This document shows, piece after piece, positions 33,954 through 38,760 of a DNA stretch of 38,760 nucleotides. Below the pieces are notes generated by a model. The model had not been told where the DNA came from. It did not search any database and saw only the letters and a program-made list of their open reading frames with translations. Position 1 is the stretch's first letter. Each line of letters starts with the position of its first letter. The stretch is from an uncultured Roseivirgaceae bacterium (GTDB lineage: Bacteria > Bacteroidota > Bacteroidia > Cytophagales > Cyclobacteriaceae): contig CAYORY010000001.1 of the NCBI GenBank assembly GCA_964406435.1, positions 1 to 38,760 of the forward strand, given 5' to 3'. The translations under genes were made by a program, and so were the position numbers.

Positions 33954-34796
33954 TCAGGAGGACTGCCCATTGGATTTCTCCGAATGGGTCAGGCGATACC
34001 ACATTTCGAGAAAGGCAAGAAAGAATGGGGTATGATAAAACCAAACGCGAAGCGCCCTTAATTTTTTGCCTCTTAACTTCTTTCTGATAAAGCTTTTTTT
34101 ACTGAAATCCGACGCATGGGTTTCTGATGAATCTGGTTCGATTCCTTCCAGTTCTTTCTCCCACGACCTGTCCTTTTCGTATCCGAGTTTGATCAAGTCG
34201 TCTGATATGGAGCCATGATCCTGAATTTGTGCGAGTAGGCGGGGTTTGTGGTTTCGCCAGTTGCCAATGCTTTTGGTGTCAATCGGGCGCAAATCACCCA
34301 GGGCCAAGCGAGAATCTGAGGAAGGATTGGACACTCGATGATATTCACTGAACTTATGCTTTTGGGTAAGGAATGGAAGGTGAGTTGAAATCTTCTTCTG
34401 GATATTATCAGGCTGTGAGGTCAGGTCTTCGTATCGAATTTGCAAAAACCTAGGGTGAGTCCTTAGCGCATCCGCAAAGGGCATGAAATTATTCCAGTAA
34501 TCCAGATTGCTGTAATACAATTCACTGTCTGAGCCATGTTTGCTCACTATCATGTCGCGAGGGTCACGGAGCATGTAGATCACATGCAGGTTTTTCATCA
34601 TGTTCATGATCGGCTCTATCACGATGATGTCCTTGGGAGACTTAGTCAGGAAAATCTTTCCATTACGAGGTGGGCACTTACCAATGCGGTCTTCGTGATC
34701 CGTGTACAAATCAATGTCGAATGAACTAATCATCAATTCTGTAAGGAGCGTGGTGCCGGTTCGGGGGCCACAACCTACAATATGAATCCGCTGCAT
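33954..34796 (-). CDS. sulfotransferase family protein
   Basis: The start is trimmed to MQRIHIVGCGPRTGTTLL (ATG 34796, overlapping the upstream stop as TAATG). PRTGTT is the 5'-PSB loop and MLRDPRDMIVS is the 3'-PB motif. Confidence 0.75.
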   Translation of the reverse strand: MQRIHIVGCGPRTGTTLLTELMISSFDIDLYTDHEDRIGKCPPRNGKIFLTKSPKDIIVIEPIMNMMKNLHVIYMLRDPRDMIVSKHGSDSELYYSNLDYWNNFMPFADALRTHPRFLQIRYEDLTSQPDNIQKKISTHLPFLTQKHKFSEYHRVSNPSSDSRLALGDLRPIDTKSIGNWRNHKPRLLAQIQDHGSISDDLIKLGYEKDRSWEKELEGIEPDSSETHASDFSKKSFIRKKLRGKKLRALRVWFYHTPFFLAFLEMWYRLTHSEKSNGQSS

Positions 34797-35161
34797 TAGT
34801 CTTCGTTGGGGTAGGGAATGAACACGAAGTTGGTGAATTCCTCGTCCACCACAAAGAGACAGCAAAACTCCTCAGGATCTTTGTAGGCTTCTTTGAAGAC
34901 GTCAATGTTCTCGATCAACCCTCGCTGTTGAAACTCCTCGAGCATGGAGGCATAGTAGTGCCATTTATTCTCATCAAATCCCGGCTCATAGAGCAATTGG
35001 CCGATAGGGATTTGCACTTTTGAAACAGGAAAAATAGGATAGTCGGAGAACTTTCGCTTCCTGATCTGATAAGCCGCTTCCTTCAGATTGTCAGCGATCT
35101 TGACAAAGTCTGATGAAATGGTGCCGAGGTATTTGGGGTTGAGTTCAGGATCGTTGTGCAT
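34796..35161 (-). CDS. hypothetical protein
   Basis: 121-aa ORF, translationally coupled on both sides. No motif recognised. Confidence 0.5.
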   Translation of the reverse strand: MHNDPELNPKYLGTISSDFVKIADNLKEAAYQIRKRKFSDYPIFPVSKVQIPIGQLLYEPGFDENKWHYYASMLEEFQQRGLIENIDVFKEAYKDPEEFCCLFVVDEEFTNFVFIPYPNED

Positions 35162-35439
35162 TAAATTGATTTTTTCAGGTCACGATAGAAATTCTCATGT
35201 GAACCAAAGGCAAGCAATGTGAGCGTGATGGTTTGATCTTCAAAATGATAAGCTAATAGGGTTAATTGATTTATCATTTTGAATTTATGAACAGATATAC
35301 CCGCCAAGTCGCCAGTTTTTAATTCTCCAATTTTAGGATCATCGATGATGGTTTTTATAGCTTTATCCAATTCCGCTTTCTGGTTCTCATGCAGTTTCTT
35401 CACCGATTTTTTGAAGCTTCTGGTTTGGTTTATGATCAT
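35161..35439 (-). CDS. type II toxin, RelE/ParE superfamily
   Basis: 92 aa. The pattern FKKSVKKL...KAIKTIIDDPKIGELKTGDLAGISVHKF...LLAY...ITLLAFGSHENFY is typical of RelE/ParE toxins. It lies immediately downstream of a small antitoxin ORF. Confidence 0.75.
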   Translation of the reverse strand: MIINQTRSFKKSVKKLHENQKAELDKAIKTIIDDPKIGELKTGDLAGISVHKFKMINQLTLLAYHFEDQTITLTLLAFGSHENFYRDLKKSI

Positions 35440-35445
35440 ACCAAA

Positions 35446-35661
35446 TCAGCCAAACTCATAAGGAGTCACCTCACCTTCAGCCAATTCGGCTTTGGCGAGT
35501 AGAATGTCTTTGATAAAGCTATAAGACAAATCGGGGTTCTCCTCCGCTATTTTGCCGATAGAAGCCCAATACTCTATTTGCTTTGGAGTTGATCTACTAT
35601 AGACTTGACCGTACCTCCGAGCATCATTTATTATTTCATCTGAAAGACTAATAGTCGCCAT
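35446..35661 (-). CDS. ParD-like type II antitoxin
   Basis: 71 aa, located 6 nt upstream of the toxin. MATISLSDEIINDARRYGQVYSRSTPKQIEYWASIGKIAEENPDL resembles the ParD_like (PF11903) family. Confidence 0.65.
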   Translation of the reverse strand: MATISLSDEIINDARRYGQVYSRSTPKQIEYWASIGKIAEENPDLSYSFIKDILLAKAELAEGEVTPYEFG

Positions 35662-35726
35662 AGCTAAAAGTGTTTATTTACGCTAAAATACAATAAAATA
35701 ACGTTCAATAACTTATTTCGTTGTTT

Positions 35727-37133
35727 CTAGGGATTCGCTTTAAGCAAAATTACATTCTCCACATGTTGCGTGTGAGGGAACATATCCACGGGTTGGATTT
35801 GTTCCACCGTGAAAGCCTCAGAAAGCAGCTCTATATCCCGTGCCTGAGTAGCTGGATTGCAGCTCACATAGACAATTCTTTCGGGGCGGATACGAACCAA
35901 TGTTTCTACTACATCCTCATGCATGCCCGCTCGCGGGGGGTCGGTGATGATTACGTCAGGTTGACCGTGCTTCTTCACAAAAGCATCATTGAGAACGTCC
36001 TTCATGTCTCCCGCAAAGAAGCTGGTGTTTGAGATGCCATTGATTGCTGAATTCACTTTGGCGTCTTCGATCGCTTCTGGGACATATTCTACCCCCACCA
36101 CTTTTTTGGCTTTTCCTGCCACATAGTTGGCGATGGTGCCCGTGCCGGTGTAGAGGTCGTAGACAGTTTCCTCGCCTGTGAGTTGAGCCATCTCAGCGGC
36201 TACTTGATATAGCTGCTCGGCTTGTTTGGAGTTGGTTTGATAGAAGGATTTGGGCCCGATGCGGAAAGTCAAAGCGCCCATTTTCTCTTGGATGTAAGGG
36301 GTGCCGCTCACACAAACTACCTCCTGATCGAAGATTGTTTCGTTCTTCTTTTCGTTGATGATGTAGTTCAATGAAGTGATTTCAGGGAATTCAGTCTTGA
36401 GAAATTCCATGATGCCGTCTATCGCTTTTTGATCAGGCTCAAAGACCTGAAGCATGACCATTGTTTCACCTGTGGAAGTTGTACGGATGATCAGATTTCT
36501 CAGAAAACCATGTTGCTCGCGGATGTCGAAAAAAGTGAGATTGTTTTTTAGTGCATATTCCCTAACAGCATTTCGGATGGAGTTGGACGGTTCGGCTTGA
36601 TGGTAACAGTTTTTAATGTCCAGCACTTTATCGAACATCCGAGGAATGTGGAACCCAAGCCCGTTTCTATTTAAGTCACCCTCCGAGCCAATTTCTTCTT
36701 TGGTCAACCATCGCTTGTTTGAAAAAGTGTACTCTAGTTTATTCCTGTAGAAGCGTGTTTCCTCCGAACCCAGAATTGGGTTGATTTTTGGGAGATTCAG
36801 ACCACTGATCTTGGTCAGGTTTTCCTCTACGTGATCTTGCTTGAATTTGAGCTGACCTTCATACGAAAGGTGCTGCCACTTGCAGCCGCCACATGTCCCA
36901 AAATGCTCGCAGAAAGGTTCGCTCCTGTGCTCCGATGCTTTAACGAGGTTAGTGATTTTGCCTTCAAGGAATCGTCTTCGCTTGTAAGTGATTTCGACTT
37001 CCGCCACGTCACCAGGCACGCCTTCCTTTACAAAAACGACGATACCGTCATGCCTCCCTACACTTTTTCCATCAGCCGAAATTCCTGTGATTTCTAACGA
37101 CGATATGATGTCTCCTTTATTCATGCGGCGCAA
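35727..37133 (-). CDS. rlmD: 23S rRNA (uracil-C5)-methyltransferase RlmD/RumA family
   Basis: It has an N-terminal TRAM domain and a 4Fe-4S Cys cluster (CEHFGTCGGCKWQH). The SAM-binding motifs are DLYTGTGTI and IITDPPRAGMH, and the catalytic motif is VSCNPAT. Confidence 0.9.
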   Translation of the reverse strand: MRRMNKGDIISSLEITGISADGKSVGRHDGIVVFVKEGVPGDVAEVEITYKRRRFLEGKITNLVKASEHRSEPFCEHFGTCGGCKWQHLSYEGQLKFKQDHVEENLTKISGLNLPKINPILGSEETRFYRNKLEYTFSNKRWLTKEEIGSEGDLNRNGLGFHIPRMFDKVLDIKNCYHQAEPSNSIRNAVREYALKNNLTFFDIREQHGFLRNLIIRTTSTGETMVMLQVFEPDQKAIDGIMEFLKTEFPEITSLNYIINEKKNETIFDQEVVCVSGTPYIQEKMGALTFRIGPKSFYQTNSKQAEQLYQVAAEMAQLTGEETVYDLYTGTGTIANYVAGKAKKVVGVEYVPEAIEDAKVNSAINGISNTSFFAGDMKDVLNDAFVKKHGQPDVIITDPPRAGMHEDVVETLVRIRPERIVYVSCNPATQARDIELLSEAFTVEQIQPVDMFPHTQHVENVILLKANP

Positions 37134-37162
37134 AGGTATTTTAAATCCTCTACGTCATGGCG

Positions 37163-37336
37163 TTATGAGATGCCGGAATAAATCCGGCAATCCATAAGGC
37201 ATTTTATTTTGACCAAAGAGAGAGATAGTACTAAAATAAATAGGAAGATTTCTTCTTCTTCTTCTTCTTCTTCTTCGCCTGCCGCAGGCAGACATGACAA
37301 AAAGGAAGGACACGCTCAAGTCATTCCGTAGGAATC
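37163..37336. repeat. Cluster of REP-like short palindromic elements plus a (CTT)n microsatellite
   Basis: TTATGAGATGCCGGAATAAATCCGGCAAT lies at 37163-37191 (its reverse complement occurs at 30920-30948, differing only in the loop). A T/C tract, T(TTC)9 containing eight perfect CTT units, lies at 37249-37276. The palindrome GCCTGC-C-GCAGGC lies at 37277-37289. TTCCGTAGGAATC lies at 37324-37336. Confidence 0.75.
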
Positions 37337-37399
37337 TTAGCCCGGAAATCAAACAGGATTTCTACGCTGCGAAATGACGTAAGTATGCAAGAACTTCTA

Positions 37400-37819
37400 T
37401 TATGCGAGCCATCCTTTTGCTTTGCTGCTTTTGGCCAGCATGACCAACAAAAGTGCTATCAATGGAATCATGGCACTCATGGCGATTTCACCAGGGCCAT
37501 ACACCGTAGTATTTTCTGCAACACCTAGGTTGTAGATCATTTGAACAACAACTCCCAAAAAGGAAATGGCAAGAATAGGGAGCGCCAATACTTTTCGCAA
37601 CAGCAAAAAGACAGAACCAAAAGTGCCACCCCAAACAGCAAATGCAAATGCTGCGGTAGCCCAAGCGGGCATGGCTTCATACATTGCCTGGTCTTCTACC
37701 GAGAGAGAGTCTCTCATCATCGCTTGCATCAGGTAAGCCATTGCGCCCATGATATTCCAGATCAAAGCCAGAATGCTTACTATCCAGAACCAAACAGGAG
37801 GTTTAATTTTTCCAGTCAT
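37400..37819 (-). CDS. hypothetical integral membrane protein (4 TM)
   Basis: 139-aa ORF with four hydrophobic helices (WFWIVSILALIWNIMGAMAYL and others). Confidence 0.55.
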   Translation of the reverse strand: MTGKIKPPVWFWIVSILALIWNIMGAMAYLMQAMMRDSLSVEDQAMYEAMPAWATAAFAFAVWGGTFGSVFLLLRKVLALPILAISFLGVVVQMIYNLGVAENTTVYGPGEIAMSAMIPLIALLLVMLAKSSKAKGWLA

Positions 37820-37903
37820 AATTTTATAAGGTTAGTTTGAGTGAAAGTACCAAAATCGTGTGAGGAAAAGTAGCCAATCATCTCCTTTTTGGATGAACGG
37901 CTC

Positions 37904-38760
37904 TTAGGCCAATCGCCTCAGAAATTTCTGCGCTTTGACGATTTCAGCCTTCTTAATAGCGGGGAAATTGGCGATGCGGAAGGTGTCCACCTTCCATTGT
38001 CCATACCCTTTTCCAAACGTGATTCCGGATTCGGCGGCATTCTCAATTAGCGTTTGAGGGTCAGGGGTGTTTAAGGTCAATACAGTCTTTGACCTCAAAG
38101 ATTCATCTTCCACGAGAAAATTGATGTGCTGAGATTCTCCAAGAAAAGTTTGCCACTGCTCGTATCTCCTGACCACTTTGGCATGAATATCTTCTATGGA
38201 TTTCCCATCGCTCAGTGTACGGTTGAGAAGATAAATGCCGAGCACGTTGGGCGTGTAAGGTGACTGGTTTTTATTCCAGTTGTCCAATACAAACGGAAGG
38301 CTGTTGTAGCGCTTGTTGTCTCCTATTTCCTGTGCGCGTTCGACAGCCTTTGGAGACAATATCATTAGGCCCAATCCAGCGGGCAACCCAAAACACTTCT
38401 GCACGGAAGCGTACCACACATCTGCCAATTTGAAATCAAGAAATATACCCGCCATGGAGGAGGTGGCATCTGCGCAGATCAATTGGTCGGTTTTGTTTCG
38501 CAAGTTTCGGAGCGTTTCCATGGAAACCTGTGTCCCGTTGGATGTTTCGTTTTGGGTCACACAGATCACATCCGCCTTCTGGTTGACTTTGCCTGTTGGC
38601 AATTCTTCTTCTATGCCGAATCTGGTTTCAGAAGTCTCTGAAAGACGCCCCGCTCTGGCGCCCCACTTTTCACCAAAAGCACCATTATAGAAATGATGCG
38701 AGTGCTTTTTGGTCAATGACTGAGCGATTATTTCCCAGCATTCTGTGGCCGAAGAGGTGA
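37904..38760 (-). CDS. serC: class-V-fold PLP aminotransferase, probably phosphoserine aminotransferase; N-terminus outside the window
   Basis: The frame stays open beyond the track's TTG (38716) to the window edge (..TSSATECWEIIAQSLTKKH..). Motifs are VTQNETSNGTQV, ADATSSMAG and YASVQKCFGLPAGLGLMILS, with the QK being the PLP lysine region. Confidence 0.7.
   Translation of the reverse strand, partial: TSSATECWEIIAQSLTKKHSHHFYNGAFGEKWGARAGRLSETSETRFGIEEELPTGKVNQKADVICVTQNETSNGTQVSMETLRNLRNKTDQLICADATSSMAGIFLDFKLADVWYASVQKCFGLPAGLGLMILSPKAVERAQEIGDNKRYNSLPFVLDNWNKNQSPYTPNVLGIYLLNRTLSDGKSIEDIHAKVVRRYEQWQTFLGESQHINFLVEDESLRSKTVLTLNTPDPQTLIENAAESGITFGKGYGQWKVDTFRIANFPAIKKAEIVKAQKFLRRLA

Noticed and set aside
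37155-37352. 65-aa ORF with a poly-Arg run
   Set aside because: It is an artefact of translating the (CTT)n microsatellite and REP-like palindromes. The same applies to the 71-aa ORF at 30839..31054, which lies in the other REP cluster.

Overview
This 38.8-kb window looks like Bacteroidota chromosome: it has T9SS C-terminal sorting domains, a CarboxypepD_reg-type TonB-dependent receptor and candidate TTTG/TAnnTTTG promoter boxes. It splits into two parts. Part 1 (1-8758, minus strand) is an integron-type gene-cassette array. It holds six attC-like imperfect palindromes with TAAC...GTTA ends. Every complete cassette is bounded by a reverse-complementary 9-13-nt pair ending in AAC / starting in GTT, which is the footprint of G|TT integrase crossover. 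Five of the six sites are unusually long (232-240 nt) and several share a conserved internal module. No integrase gene is in the window. Four small cassettes carry single orphan genes: an unknown protein, a TIMP/NTR-like secreted protein, an outer-membrane beta-barrel protein and a 2-TM protein. A fifth, an alpha/beta hydrolase, is cut by the window edge. The cassette nearest the array border is about 5.2 kb and carries a three-gene operon: a small 4-TM protein, a membrane-anchored protein with a nucleoside 2-deoxyribosyltransferase/TIR-like domain, and a 1240-aa protein (nuclease-like N-terminus, STAND P-loop NTPase, about 850-aa helical C-terminus). I consider this operon the best candidate for an undescribed, Avs/NLR-like anti-phage defence system. 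Part 2 (8788-38760) is mostly housekeeping: SDR, TonB receptor, LytS/LytTR pair, crcB, acpH, clpS-recR, tsaC, pgk, nhaC, rlmD, serC, two BNR-repeat T9SS proteins and a RelE/ParE-ParD-like TA pair. Oddities there are a perfect 253-bp frame-shifting tandem duplication inside pgk, a telomere-like heptamer repeat block between convergent genes, REP-like palindrome clusters and a (CTT)n microsatellite. All homology calls rest on motifs read by eye; no searches were run.
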